Shown here: one piece after another, positions 1 to 10,175 of the stretch | How the letters are laid out: each line of letters begins with the position of its first letter | Numbering within the stretch: the stretch's first letter is position 1 | NCBI GenBank assembly: GCA_016718825.1 | Contig: JADKCL010000004.1 | Location: 91,277-155,276 of the forward strand | DNA: 64,000 nucleotides | Reading direction: 5' to 3' | Source: Bacteroidota bacterium | Lineage (GTDB): Bacteria > Bacteroidota > Bacteroidia > J057 > JADKCL01 | Program-made: the position numbers and the translations under genes | The notes under the pieces: generated by a model | The model's input: the letters and a program-made list of their open reading frames with translations, nothing else | Databases searched by the model: none | Told to the model about the DNA's origin: nothing

Positions 1-670
1 GACCGTAAGGGCACATGTAGATGCAGGCCTGCTCTCTGAAATAAGAGAATACAAAATAGAACACGCCGGTATTGATGAGCACAAATCCGAAAAGGAGAGG
101 ATGCTCCATCGGGGAATCACGAACATAACCCAAAACCGTATCCATCCCCAAAAAGAAGGCGATCACTGTATGGCTGACCCAAAATGCGATCAGAAGGAAA
201 ATGGTGTGTTTCAGAAGCCGCTTCCGAATCTTTTCCCCGTTCCAATCCTGGGCTTTCAGCTTCCGCTGCTTGGTATAATCACCTTCAATCCAATATTCGA
301 TGCGGCGATAGACCATTTCCAGGAATATGGTTTGTGGGCATGCCCATCCGCACCATATTCTTCCCAAGATGGCGGTAAAAAGGAAAATGAAAATGATAAA
401 GGTGACGGCAAAGATGGCAAACAAAACAAAGTCTTGCGGCCAGAATGCAAAGCCAAAAATGATGAACTTGCGCTGAAGTACATCCAGCAAGAAGAAGGGT
501 TCACCGTTGACTTTGATCCACGGAATGCCAAAAAAGATGATCAGTAATACAAAGCTGACGATCCGTCTAGCATTAAAAAACCGTCCACTCGGACGTTTGG
601 GGAAGAACCCGACACGACGACCAGAGTTGTTTACATTGTAGAGCTGATCGCGAAATTCTGCAGATTCCAT
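1..670 (-). CDS. ccoG: cbb3-type cytochrome c oxidase accessory protein CcoG/FixG (5' part; runs off the window start)
   Basis: Missing from the ORF track because it has no stop in the window. Manual translation from ATG 670 gives MESAEFRDQLYNV..., with GRIWCGWACPQTIFLEM and YFREQACIYMCPYG 4Fe-4S motifs; follows ccoP. Confidence 0.93.
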   Translation of the reverse strand, partial: MESAEFRDQLYNVNNSGRRVGFFPKRPSGRFFNARRIVSFVLLIIFFGIPWIKVNGEPFFLLDVLQRKFIIFGFAFWPQDFVLFAIFAVTFIIFIFLFTAILGRIWCGWACPQTIFLEMVYRRIEYWIEGDYTKQRKLKAQDWNGEKIRKRLLKHTIFLLIAFWVSHTVIAFFLGMDTVLGYVRDSPMEHPLLFGFVLINTGVFYFVFSYFREQACIYMCPYG

Positions 671-771
671 ATAGACTAGATTTTTTCAAGAACGCTTCGA
701 TCAAATAAAATATTCGGAAGCAAAGGCGGCGATAAACTTCCCACCTTATGCTTCCGAAATTACGTGGCTTA

Positions 772-1635
772 TTATTGCGGTTGTGTAACCGCGGTATCAT
801 TGGCAGCAGAATCTACTGCTACTTGAGCTGGTTCGGCACCTGCCACAACACCCTCAGGTGCACGTGGATTGGCGGGTTTGGAACCTTGCTTTGACAGAAT
901 ATAGCTCGCAATTGCGAGACGCTCTTGGGAAGGGATCCGATCCTTCCAAGAAATCATCGATTTGCCCGGGACACCATTGGTGATTGTGGCATAAAGATTC
1001 TTGATTTCACCACCATGAAGCCAGAATTCGTCAGTGAGATTGGGGCCCGATTCTCCACCCATATCCTTACGGTGACAGGTCGCGCAATTCTCAACAAACA
1101 CGGCCTCGGCGGCGGTCAATCGACCTGGATCTGTAACCAGAATCAACTGATCATCTGGCAATTCCACGCTCTTGTAAGTTTCAGCAGCAGTTGCCATTTC
1201 GAGCTCATATTCCTCTTTACTGGTCGGTCCCGTGCCAAGGAATTCATAGTGCACCATATAAACCACTGCGAAAATAATGGATCCGATAAAGATGAACCGC
1301 AACCATGCCGGCATGGGATTGTCCAACTCGCGAATACCATCGTATTCATGGTCGGTTTCAGGGTCAGGCGCATTTCGACCGACGATTCCGTCCCAAATAT
1401 ATTTGATGGACAGGTGGCTCGAATCTTTCACCGTCAAGACGGTGGCGATATAGCCGATGAGCAAGGCAATAATCACCAAGATGTAAATCAGAATCCTGAT
1501 TTCACCCAAGAAACTCTCCTCCAGTCTCACCGGAGGTTTTTCGGCTGCGAAGAGCGAAACGGAAGCCAGCATGAAGAAGGCACCGCTCAATATTGCCCTG
1601 AAATGCCGCGAAAGAAATTGAACTATCGTTTTCAT
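772..1635 (-). CDS. ccoP: cbb3-type cytochrome c oxidase subunit III (monoheme)
   Basis: HEYDGIRELDNPMP N-terminal motif, CATCH heme motif, GPNLTD, M ligand; start moved to ATG 1635 to clear ccoQ. Confidence 0.93.
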   Translation of the reverse strand: MKTIVQFLSRHFRAILSGAFFMLASVSLFAAEKPPVRLEESFLGEIRILIYILVIIALLIGYIATVLTVKDSSHLSIKYIWDGIVGRNAPDPETDHEYDGIRELDNPMPAWLRFIFIGSIIFAVVYMVHYEFLGTGPTSKEEYELEMATAAETYKSVELPDDQLILVTDPGRLTAAEAVFVENCATCHRKDMGGESGPNLTDEFWLHGGEIKNLYATITNGVPGKSMISWKDRIPSQERLAIASYILSKQGSKPANPRAPEGVVAGAEPAQVAVDSAANDTAVTQPQ

Positions 1636-1645
1636 AATAGAGCTA

Positions 1646-1843
1646 TCAAGGTTGAGTGGTGGCAGATGAATCATTGTCTTCCAGGTCAAGCGGCACTGCG
1701 GCCATATAGTTGGCATGCTGCTTGCGCATCAGGAGTACGTAGACGCCTAAACCGAGGAAGAAGATGAAGAAAATCAGCAAGGAGATCATCGGATAAATCT
1801 CTATCCCTGCAATACCTTCGAAAAAATGCTTGATGTAACGCAT
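1646..1843 (-). CDS. ccoQ: cbb3-type oxidase small subunit CcoQ/FixQ family
   Basis: 65 aa, one TM helix (GIEIYPMISLLIFFIFF), between ccoNO and ccoP. Confidence 0.85.
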   Translation of the reverse strand: MRYIKHFFEGIAGIEIYPMISLLIFFIFFLGLGVYVLLMRKQHANYMAAVPLDLEDNDSSATTQP

Positions 1844-1856
1844 AATATCCTCCTGA

Positions 1857-4055
1857 TTATTGTGGGTTTACTGCGGATGAATCAGCTGGTGCAGGCACTG
1901 CTGCGGGGGCGGCAGGAGCAGTTTCGGCAACCGGCGCAAGCACCACAGGTTTTACCTTGATGTCTTTGCCCAATCTTTGCAGGTAGGCAATCATGGCAAT
2001 GATTTCCTTGGTCTCCGAGGTTTTGATCTTGGATTTCTCCAAGCTAGCCTGGATTTCCAGTGCCTGATTGTGCAGGACCGCGTCTGCATTGGCAATGAGG
2101 CTATCGCTGTAAGGCACTCCCATGGCCTGCATGGCTTTGAGCTTTGTAGCTGTCAAGCTGATGTCAAGCTCTTTTTCGCCCATATGTGCATAAGCCGGCA
2201 TGATAGAACCCGGAGATACCGAACGCGGGTCAATCATGTGGCGATAATGCCAGTCATCTCCCCAACGGCCACCGACGCGGTGCAAATCCGGACCGGTACG
2301 CTTGGATCCCCATTGGAAAGGATGGTCATAAACATATTCGCCAGCCTTGGAATATTCGCCTTGGTAGCGCAACTCCTCGTTTCTGAAGGGACGTACCATT
2401 TGTGAGTGACAGAGGTAACAACCTTCACGGATGTAAAGGTCACGACCCTCCAATTCGAGCGGTGTATAAGGCTTTACACTCGCAATGGTCGGAACATTGC
2501 TCTTGACCAAGAATGTCGGGATCAATTCAATAAAAGTCCCCACGAGGAGCAAAAGCAAGGTCAAAACAAGCATCTGAACTGGCTTGCGCTCGATCCAGCG
2601 GTGCCAATAGGTATCGGAATGCGCTCCCTTGTCCAAGGCTGGCGCTTCAGCTTTCTCTTCTTTCAAGAATGTGCCAGACTTGATGGTTTTGATCAAGTTA
2701 TAGACCATTAGCAATGCCCCGATGAGGTAGAGCAAACCTCCTAACGAACGCAGCATGTACATCGGTACAATTTGGGTCACGGTTTCCAAGAAATTGGGAT
2801 GCTCCAAAAAGCCGTTGCCGTCAAATTGCTTCCACATCAAACCCTGCACGATACCTGCGATGTACATCGGCACGGCATAGACGACGATACCCATGGTTCC
2901 GATCCAGAAGTGGGCGGTGGCAAGTTTGGTGCTATGGAGTTTGGTATTCCAGAGTCTTGGTACGAGCCAATAGAGAATACCGAAGGTCATGAAGCCGTTC
3001 CAACCCAAGCCACCGACGTGCACGTGGGCAACAATCCAGTCGGTAAAGTGGGCAATGGCAGTGACGTTTTTCAAGGAGAGCATCGGCCCTTCGAATGTCG
3101 CCATGCCGTAGCAGGTCACTGCGACCACAAAAAACTTCAACACGGGCTCTTGACGCACTTTGTCCCAAGAACCGCGCAAGGTGAGCAAACCGTTGATCAT
3201 ACCACCCCAGCTTGGTGCGATAAGCATGATCGAAAATACGGTTCCCAGAGACTGGGCCCAGTCTGGAAGGGAGGTATAGAGCAAGTGGTGAGGACCCGCC
3301 CAGATATAAAGGAAAACCAATGACCAAAAGTGTACGATCGAAAGTTTATAGGAATAGACAGGACGACCCGCAGCCTTGGGCAAAAAGTAGTACATCAAAC
3401 CCAAAATCGGTGTGGTAAGGAAGAATGCCACAGCATTGTGACCATACCACCATTGCACCAAGGCATCTTGAACGCCGGCATACATGGAGTAGCTTTTGGT
3501 CAGCGACACAGGGTACTCCATGGAGTTGACAATGTGCAATACTGCGATTGCAACCCAAGTTGCGACGTAGAACCAGATGGCCACATACAGGTGGCGCTCA
3601 CGGCGCTTGATCATCGTCCCAAACATGTTGATGCCAAACACCACCCAGACCAAAGTGATCATGATGTCGATCGGCCACTCCAATTCAGCATATTCCTTTC
3701 CAGTCGTAAAACCGAGCGGCAAGGAAATCGCTGCACATAGAATGATGAATTGCCAACCCCAGAAGTGAATGTTGCTCAGCAAATCACTGAACATCCTCGC
3801 CTTGAGGAGGCGTTGGAGAGAATAATAAACACCCATGAACATCCCGTTGCCCACAAATGCAAAAATGATCGCATTGGTGTGCAAAGGCCGTAAACGGCCA
3901 AAAGAGGTGTACTCGATGCCCATATTCAGAGCAGGAAAGGCCAATTGTAAGGCCACTAGGAGTCCGACCAGCATCCCCACGATCCCAAAAATGACCGTGG
4001 CCATGCCGAATTTTCGGACAATCCCGTTGTCGTAATAAAATGTTTCTACCGCCAT
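1857..4055 (-). CDS. ccoN: fused cbb3-type cytochrome c oxidase subunits I/II (CcoN-CcoO)
   Basis: GRLRPLHTNA, QWWYGHNAV, WAGPHHL, AHVHVG heme-copper motifs; C-terminal GCYLCHSQ and WGSKRTGPDL of CcoO. Confidence 0.97.
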   Translation of the reverse strand: MAVETFYYDNGIVRKFGMATVIFGIVGMLVGLLVALQLAFPALNMGIEYTSFGRLRPLHTNAIIFAFVGNGMFMGVYYSLQRLLKARMFSDLLSNIHFWGWQFIILCAAISLPLGFTTGKEYAELEWPIDIMITLVWVVFGINMFGTMIKRRERHLYVAIWFYVATWVAIAVLHIVNSMEYPVSLTKSYSMYAGVQDALVQWWYGHNAVAFFLTTPILGLMYYFLPKAAGRPVYSYKLSIVHFWSLVFLYIWAGPHHLLYTSLPDWAQSLGTVFSIMLIAPSWGGMINGLLTLRGSWDKVRQEPVLKFFVVAVTCYGMATFEGPMLSLKNVTAIAHFTDWIVAHVHVGGLGWNGFMTFGILYWLVPRLWNTKLHSTKLATAHFWIGTMGIVVYAVPMYIAGIVQGLMWKQFDGNGFLEHPNFLETVTQIVPMYMLRSLGGLLYLIGALLMVYNLIKTIKSGTFLKEEKAEAPALDKGAHSDTYWHRWIERKPVQMLVLTLLLLLVGTFIELIPTFLVKSNVPTIASVKPYTPLELEGRDLYIREGCYLCHSQMVRPFRNEELRYQGEYSKAGEYVYDHPFQWGSKRTGPDLHRVGGRWGDDWHYRHMIDPRSVSPGSIMPAYAHMGEKELDISLTATKLKAMQAMGVPYSDSLIANADAVLHNQALEIQASLEKSKIKTSETKEIIAMIAYLQRLGKDIKVKPVVLAPVAETAPAAPAAVPAPADSSAVNPQ

Positions 4056-4117
4056 ATTATTTGCGTTGAATTCAGGGTAAAATTCTCGTTGTCGCTCATC
4101 GAAATGGATGATGAATA

Positions 4118-4339
4118 TCAGGCTTGCGGCTGACTTGGCTCAAGGTTTGTAGGTGCGGCATCTGTCAGAGTTGGCGTCTTTTGGTCTTTTTGTTGCAATT
4201 CGCCAGGCTCAAACAACATTCTCACCGATGGGGTGTAGGTATCGTCGTACTGACCGGAGCGGATGGACCAAAGGAAACCCACCAAGAAAACCAATGCCAT
4301 CGCGATGCTGCAGCCGATTAATAAATAGAAGATGGTCAT
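4118..4339 (-). CDS. ccoS: cbb3 oxidase assembly protein CcoS
   Basis: FLWSIRSGQYDDTYTPSVRML motif; start at ATG 4339. Confidence 0.92.
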   Translation of the reverse strand: MTIFYLLIGCSIAMALVFLVGFLWSIRSGQYDDTYTPSVRMLFEPGELQQKDQKTPTLTDAAPTNLEPSQPQA

Positions 4340-4343
4340 AATG

Positions 4344-4392
4344 GGGAATTGAGAATTGAGAATTGAGAATGGAAAATGGAAAATGGAGAAAC
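4344..4392. repeat. degenerate 7-bp tandem repeat (7 units, GAGAATT/GAAAATG)
   Basis: GGGAATT GAGAATT GAGAATT GAGAATG GAAAATG GAAAATG GAGAAAC in the ccoI-ccoS spacer. Confidence 0.85.
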
Positions 4393-4428
4393 GAAGTTCG
4401 GCGAAGCCAATTAGCAGCATTGCAATTG

Positions 4429-6858
4429 CTACTTGTTACTTGTGAGCTTCTTCCTTGCCAACAAGGAAACGCCTGCGGTGGTGAATAGCACCACACTCAC
4501 GGAACTCAGCGGCATCAAGATGGCTGCCACGAGCGGGGAGAGATGGCCCGAGACTGCAAATGCAATTCCGACCGCATTGTAGGAGAAGGAGACCAAGAAG
4601 CTGTATTTCACCAGTTTCAATGCGCCTTTTGCGACCTCCAGAAAGGCTGGGAGGTTGTGGATCGACTTCGCAGCCAAAATTGCATCGCTTGCAGGTGTGA
4701 ATGCAGCCAAGTCGTCGGTGATGGCAATGCCGACATCTGCCTGTTTCAAGGCGCCTGCATCATTCAAACCGTCTCCGACCATGGCCACCTTTTGGCCTTC
4801 TGCTTGCATTGACCTGATAAACTCCAGTTTCGCAGCAGGATCCTGCCTAAACATGAGCGTAGCGCCATCGGGCATGATCCCGCGCATCTGCGCCTCAGCA
4901 CCGGGATGATCCCCTGAAAGGAGCCCCAACCGCATCCCAGCACCCAATTCCTTCAAAACTTCCGAGATTCCAGGTCTCAAATCATTCGAAAGTTCAAACC
5001 TACCCTTGAGATCTCCGCCAATTTCAACAAATACACCGCCGTTGCGTTCGTCTGAAATTTGAAGAAAGCTTGCCGATCCCACGCGAATCTCAGTGCCCAT
5101 TGCTGTGCCGGAGATTCCTTTGCCCTTTTCCTCTTCAAAATCCTCCACTTCCAACAGCTGATCCTCTGGAAAATGGGCATACAATCTTCGACTGAGCGGA
5201 TGTATCGATCCTGCCAAAACAGAACGCACCATGTTCTGCTCGACGGTCGTCAAGGTTTTCCCGGTATAACTTACGACAGCTTCCCCGACGGAGGTCAATG
5301 TTCCTGTTTTGTCAAAAATCATCGCCTCGGCCTCTGCAAGCGATTCTACAACTGCCGGCCCTTTCAAATAAAAACCCCTTCGACCAAAAACACGCAAGAC
5401 GTGTCCCAATGTAAAAGGTGTTGACAAGGCCAAGGCGCATGGACAGGCAACAATCAGCACGGAGCTGACCACGGTCCAAATCATGCTGCTGTCGACGATG
5501 GCCCAGAAAATAGCTGCCACGGCCGCGATCACCAACACTACCGGGGTAAATCGTTGTCCAATCCGGTCACTTTGCTGCGTGATCTCGGCCGTCCGCTTTT
5601 TCCGGAATGCCTCGTGGTTCCAGAGTTTGGTGAGGTAACCTTGAGACACTTCCCGTTCGAGCACCAGTTTAATCGGCCCTGCCGTCTGTCTTCCTCCCGC
5701 GTAGATGCGCTCACCTGATCGCACGGGCACAGGTTCACTTTCGCCCGTGACGAAACTATAGTCGATTTCGCCCTCTCCGTGCAGCAAAAAGCCATCCGCA
5801 GGAATCAATTCGCCATTACGAATCGTGATTTGGTCGCCCTGCTTCAATTCAGAAACGGGAACCATCACGTCCTTGGTACCCATCAACTTATTTACCGAAA
5901 TGGGAAAATAGCTGCGGTAATCGCGCTCGAAGCTGAGCATATGGTAGGTCTGCCGTTGATAAGCCTTCCCTATCAGCAGGAAAAAAAGCAATCCGGCGAG
6001 TGAGTCAAAGTATCCTGACCCAGTGTTCAGGATTACATCGAGCGAGGATCGAACGAAAAGCATGACAATCCCGATGGCTATCGGGACGTCCATGTTGATC
6101 ATGCGGTGCTTGAGGCCCGACCATGCTGATTTGAAATAACTTCTTGCACTGAATGTCACCACCGGAATGGACAAACCCATGCTGAGCCATCGAAACAAAT
6201 TGCTCAAGGTTGGATCGTCCAGGCTCAGGTATTCGGGAAAACTCAAAAGCATGATATTGCCAAAACAAAATCCTGCGACGCCCAACTCATACCAAAGCAC
6301 CCTTCCACTGCGATCCTTCTTTCCTGATTTCCCTTCTTCTGCATCTGCCAGAGAAAGTGCAGGAGGATACCCCAATGCATCCAACAATGTGGCCACCTTT
6401 TCAAGTGTCACCTGATTGGGATCGTAGCTGAGGGAAACCTCTCTCCTGGGAAAATCGACTTCGGAGCGCAAAATTCCGGGTTGAATCTTGTACAACTGTT
6501 CCAGCAGCCAAATGCAGGCTGCACAGTGCATTGTGGGTAATTTGAGGGTCGCTTTCGCAACCTTCGCGTCTTGATACTCCAGCAATTTTGAAGCTTGAAC
6601 AGGATCTGCGAGCCAGGCATATTTACCTTCATTTCCCTCCGGGCGTTGGCCAGGATGACTTTGAAGCTGATAATAGTCGGCCAAATGATGGCTGCTCAGG
6701 AGGCCATACACCGTATAGCACCCTGAGCAACAAAATGATTTTTCGCCATCATTGATTGGACTTCTACCTACATCAGCACCACAGTGGAAACAATTTTCCA
6801 TTTTGGGCGCTGAAGGGCTCGCGCTGCTTTTTTCCGCTTTGATTTGGGCAATACTCAT
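4429..6858 (-). CDS. ccoI: heavy-metal (Cu) translocating P1B-type ATPase CcoI/FixI
   Basis: CFHCG and FCCSGC metal-binding sites, MHCAAC HMA domain, TGES, CPCAL, DKTGT, GDGLND; within the cco operon. Confidence 0.95.
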   Translation of the reverse strand: MSIAQIKAEKSSASPSAPKMENCFHCGADVGRSPINDGEKSFCCSGCYTVYGLLSSHHLADYYQLQSHPGQRPEGNEGKYAWLADPVQASKLLEYQDAKVAKATLKLPTMHCAACIWLLEQLYKIQPGILRSEVDFPRREVSLSYDPNQVTLEKVATLLDALGYPPALSLADAEEGKSGKKDRSGRVLWYELGVAGFCFGNIMLLSFPEYLSLDDPTLSNLFRWLSMGLSIPVVTFSARSYFKSAWSGLKHRMINMDVPIAIGIVMLFVRSSLDVILNTGSGYFDSLAGLLFFLLIGKAYQRQTYHMLSFERDYRSYFPISVNKLMGTKDVMVPVSELKQGDQITIRNGELIPADGFLLHGEGEIDYSFVTGESEPVPVRSGERIYAGGRQTAGPIKLVLEREVSQGYLTKLWNHEAFRKKRTAEITQQSDRIGQRFTPVVLVIAAVAAIFWAIVDSSMIWTVVSSVLIVACPCALALSTPFTLGHVLRVFGRRGFYLKGPAVVESLAEAEAMIFDKTGTLTSVGEAVVSYTGKTLTTVEQNMVRSVLAGSIHPLSRRLYAHFPEDQLLEVEDFEEEKGKGISGTAMGTEIRVGSASFLQISDERNGGVFVEIGGDLKGRFELSNDLRPGISEVLKELGAGMRLGLLSGDHPGAEAQMRGIMPDGATLMFRQDPAAKLEFIRSMQAEGQKVAMVGDGLNDAGALKQADVGIAITDDLAAFTPASDAILAAKSIHNLPAFLEVAKGALKLVKYSFLVSFSYNAVGIAFAVSGHLSPLVAAILMPLSSVSVVLFTTAGVSLLARKKLTSNK

Positions 6859-6925
6859 GCCTGTGCCACATTGCGTGGACGATTGTAAACAAACCTTGGA
6901 CTTGACAAAAGGCCTTCCCCCCTAC

Positions 6926-7804
6926 TCAGAAGGGAGCATTCGCATGATAGAAGTAAGACGCCTTGGACTCACGCTCGGGGTGCAAACTCAAAACAGGAAC
7001 TGGACTGTACTGCAGCACTTCTTCGGTGATGCTTCCCAAAATCCAACCCGAAATGCCTTGACGACCATGGGTTTCCATCCAAATCATGTCATGATTGCCT
7101 TCCTTGGCATAAGCGAGGATGGCATCGCTGATGATCCCGCCGACGCGCACTGCCGATTGGACATTCTTGATTCCTTGTTCGTGCAAGGCAGCCGTTTGTT
7201 TGTTGAGATAAGCTTTGAGGCCCTCAACATCCTTCTCGGAGGCCGCAATCGTCACGAGCTCGACGACAGGGTTGTAGGCATCATGGTACACCTGCAACAG
7301 GTGGCGCAATTCCTTGATACCAAATTCTGGATCGACAGCGATCAGCAGTTTGCCAAATGAATCGTCCGCAGGTTGGCGCGTCACGGTCACGACAGGAATC
7401 CGTGCGCTACGCACAACCTTGTTTACATTGGAACCGATCATGCCGGTTTCGATGGCATGGCTACCCCATGTACCCATCACAATCATTTCAGCATCAATCT
7501 CTTCGCTAGCACGAAGGATTTCCTTGTAAGGCTTGCCTTCCATCACCATTCGTGAAACAGGAACGGCATCGGTATGATGTTGCGCGACCAACTTGTCGAG
7601 CATTTTCATGCTGTAAGTCCGCTTTTTTTCAGCCAAATCACCATCTGCAAAAAACTCGGCGATGGGTGCTATCGCTTCGATGACATGCAACAAAACCATC
7701 TCTGCCTTGTGCATCTTGGCGAATTTCAATGCCACCTCAATGGCTGCTTCGCTGCTAGGAGTGAAATCCACCGAAACCAGTATCTTTTTTTGTCTCTTTT
7801 CCAT
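6926..7804 (-). CDS. universal stress protein (tandem Usp domains)
   Basis: KILVSVDFTPSS, IVMGTWGS...GSNVNKVVR, ETHGRQG...GSITEEVL. Confidence 0.92.
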   Translation of the reverse strand: MEKRQKKILVSVDFTPSSEAAIEVALKFAKMHKAEMVLLHVIEAIAPIAEFFADGDLAEKKRTYSMKMLDKLVAQHHTDAVPVSRMVMEGKPYKEILRASEEIDAEMIVMGTWGSHAIETGMIGSNVNKVVRSARIPVVTVTRQPADDSFGKLLIAVDPEFGIKELRHLLQVYHDAYNPVVELVTIAASEKDVEGLKAYLNKQTAALHEQGIKNVQSAVRVGGIISDAILAYAKEGNHDMIWMETHGRQGISGWILGSITEEVLQYSPVPVLSLHPERESKASYFYHANAPF

Positions 7805-7859
7805 TGTGCTTTGATATAAACCGATGTACAACATTCGCAATTGATTTCCGCGGCATGAG

Positions 7860-7895
7860 TGACTTCTGCCATGATAAATACTGACTTTTATCATG
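7860..7895. promoter_or_regulatory. two tandem TGA-N6-(T/C)CA boxes (Crp/Fnr-type spacing) upstream of the usp-cco operon
   Basis: TGACTTCTGCCA (7860-7871) and TGACTTTTATCA (7882-7893), 22 bp apart; CATGATAA/TTATCATG inverted repeat. Confidence 0.45.
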
Positions 7896-8186
7896 CTATC
7901 GGTGGCGGGCGCCACAAAAGTGCTCTAGAACGGCAAAATCAACTGATCTACATTCTGAACCTGTAAGCCCAATGTACAAATTTTTCAGACTTGATTTTGA
8001 AAACGCTCCCTGGGAAATTGAATGTTCCAAACACCCCTCTGAAAACGGTGAAGCAGCAAATCTTTCGTTGAGAATATGCCTCGCTGTGCTGTTTCATCAA
8101 CAAGATAAAAATGCAGGGTGTCTCAAGGGACATCAATCCATGAAAGAAGGTAAACACTGAAGTAGAGGCAATTTGTCAGGAATGGA

Positions 8187-8789
8187 CTATTTCCAAACGA
8201 TGGATTCAGCCATATGCTTCAAATCCTCCTTCATGAAATCGATGACTGGTGCGAGCGAATCGTTGCGCACCGCAGTATCAAAATAGAACGACGCCATGAC
8301 AAGGTGCACGGAGTCGCTGTAAAACACTTGTGCCGGAACGCCGACGGTTCCAAACAATTCGTACATCACCCCGCTGCCGTTCTTTCCTTGCAAAGGGTTT
8401 TCCTTGATCTGTTGCACCTTTTGTATGTGCTTGAATACGAGCTTGCGGTATTCTTCAAAATGGTCCACGACCGTCTTTCCTGATCCCGGAACGTAGCGAT
8501 AGGTTACGTGCCAGCGACATTCGAAGTCCTTGAAATACAGGTCCATCCAGCAACTGTCGGCCTTCTGCCGCTCGATTTGGCCGATTTGGGGGTATTCAAA
8601 AGTGAATGGACAGACTTGGTTTTCAAATTTCTGGTAGGAATGTTCCGGCAAATCGATGCGCGGCCAGCCTTTGGGTCGTGGAAACGGGTCATTGGCTTGG
8701 CTACATGCTCCCAAAATCAATACCATGATTGCCGTAGCAAAGCCGATTCCCATCCAGACACGGATGCGCTTGATTCCCAAATTGCTCAT
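8187..8789 (-). CDS. gldD: gliding motility lipoprotein GldD
   Basis: Lipobox LGAC; PRPKGWPRIDLPEHSY, CPFTFEYP, DSLAPVIDFMKEDLKHM; directly downstream of gldE. Confidence 0.88.
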   Translation of the reverse strand: MSNLGIKRIRVWMGIGFATAIMVLILGACSQANDPFPRPKGWPRIDLPEHSYQKFENQVCPFTFEYPQIGQIERQKADSCWMDLYFKDFECRWHVTYRYVPGSGKTVVDHFEEYRKLVFKHIQKVQQIKENPLQGKNGSGVMYELFGTVGVPAQVFYSDSVHLVMASFYFDTAVRNDSLAPVIDFMKEDLKHMAESIVWK

Positions 8790-10147
8790 TCTACTTCGTT
8801 TTCAATATCATCACCATCAGAAAGCGGGACCAGAACCAGACGGAGACGCTTGATGCGGTTTTGCTCCACGGACTCAACGGTAAAATGGAACTGCGCATGC
8901 TCAATTTCGTCTCCCTGATCCGGAATCTTACGGTGAAGTTCCAAGATCAAGCCTGCGAGCGTATCCGCTGTTCCCCTGACATCGTCTAGCACGTTTTCAG
9001 GAAGCTCCAACGTTGCGATCAAATCATCCAGCGGGATCTTCCCATCCAGAATGTATTCCGTTTCACTCACCTTGGACAAAACCACCTCTACATCATCAAA
9101 TTCGTCGGCAATGTCTCCGAAGATCTCCTCTACTATATCCTCCAAGGTAACAAGTCCAGAAGTCCCTCCAAATTCATCGACGACAATCGCGATATGCAAT
9201 CGCCTGGTTTTGAAGTCATCGAGCAATGAATCGATCTTTTTGGTCTCCGGGATAAAATAGGCAGGCCTTATCAAAGTTTTCCAGTCAACCGTTGGGCGAT
9301 CTTCTTTGAGCAGCGGAATCAAATCCTTGACATACAGCGTCCCCGTAACGTTGTCAAGATTCCCTTCAAACACCGGCATTCGCGAATACCCTTGCAGATT
9401 GACGAGTTCCAAGAGCTCCTCCAAACTGCTCGTCTCCTCGATGGCGACCATGTCGACCCTGGAACGCATGATTGATTTCACCATCGTATTCCCGAAATCG
9501 ACGATTCCTTTCAGAATCTCCTTTTCTTCATCGGGAGATTCCTCCTCACTTGTGAGATCGATGGCATGTTTGATATCCTCAAAAGATGCCGCTCCGCCAT
9601 GCGTTTTGATCCTGCGTTCCCAAAAATTGGTCGTGGAAACAAGCAAGGTGGCAACAGGACTCAGGATAAAGCGGAAGAAGGCAATCGGGTACGCCAACAG
9701 ATTCACCAATTGTACCCGACGTTGGCTTGCATAGATTTTTGGGGTGATTTCGCCAAAAAGCAGGATCATGAACGAAATGAAAACCACATCCAGCGGATAG
9801 ACCACCCACGGCAACCAAGGCTTGTCTGCCCATGCCGTATGGTCAAACAGGTCTTGAATTTCCATCACCGCCACGAAAATGAATCCGACATTGACCAGGT
9901 TGCCAAAAACCAAGATCGTTGCGAGCAACCGTCGCGGCTTTTGCAACAAGCGCCAAACCAATCCATTGGCTTCTTTATAGTCGCCGAGTTCATTTTGCGG
10001 AAGGGAGAAAAAAGCAACTTCAGCCATCGCGGCCAAACCAGAAAGCACCATGAGGAGCAACATCAGCACCAGCATCGGCCACTCATTGCTGAAATAGAGC
10101 GATAAGTTGGAAACGACAGGGACTGTACTATTGGGGTCAGTATCCAC
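8786..10147 (-). CDS. gldE: gliding motility-associated protein GldE (CNNM/DUF21-CBS-CorC)
   Basis: DUF21 TM domain (EVAFFSL, GEITPKIYA), CBS pair (SRMPVF, VDEFGGTSGLVTLEDIVEEI), CorC domain; GTG start; overlaps gldD by 4 bp. Confidence 0.9.
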   Translation of the reverse strand: MDTDPNSTVPVVSNLSLYFSNEWPMLVLMLLLMVLSGLAAMAEVAFFSLPQNELGDYKEANGLVWRLLQKPRRLLATILVFGNLVNVGFIFVAVMEIQDLFDHTAWADKPWLPWVVYPLDVVFISFMILLFGEITPKIYASQRRVQLVNLLAYPIAFFRFILSPVATLLVSTTNFWERRIKTHGGAASFEDIKHAIDLTSEEESPDEEKEILKGIVDFGNTMVKSIMRSRVDMVAIEETSSLEELLELVNLQGYSRMPVFEGNLDNVTGTLYVKDLIPLLKEDRPTVDWKTLIRPAYFIPETKKIDSLLDDFKTRRLHIAIVVDEFGGTSGLVTLEDIVEEIFGDIADEFDDVEVVLSKVSETEYILDGKIPLDDLIATLELPENVLDDVRGTADTLAGLILELHRKIPDQGDEIEHAQFHFTVESVEQNRIKRLRLVLVPLSDGDDIENEVE

Positions 10148-10175
10148 GTTGGCACTCGGTTGGTTGGGCGGAATC

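Noticed and set aside
101-1767. Plus-strand ORFs 101-547 and 925-1767
   Set aside because: Antisense shadows of ccoG and ccoP, with no motifs.
1857-4055. CcoN-CcoO fusion as a novelty
   Set aside because: The fusion is the usual arrangement in Bacteroidota.
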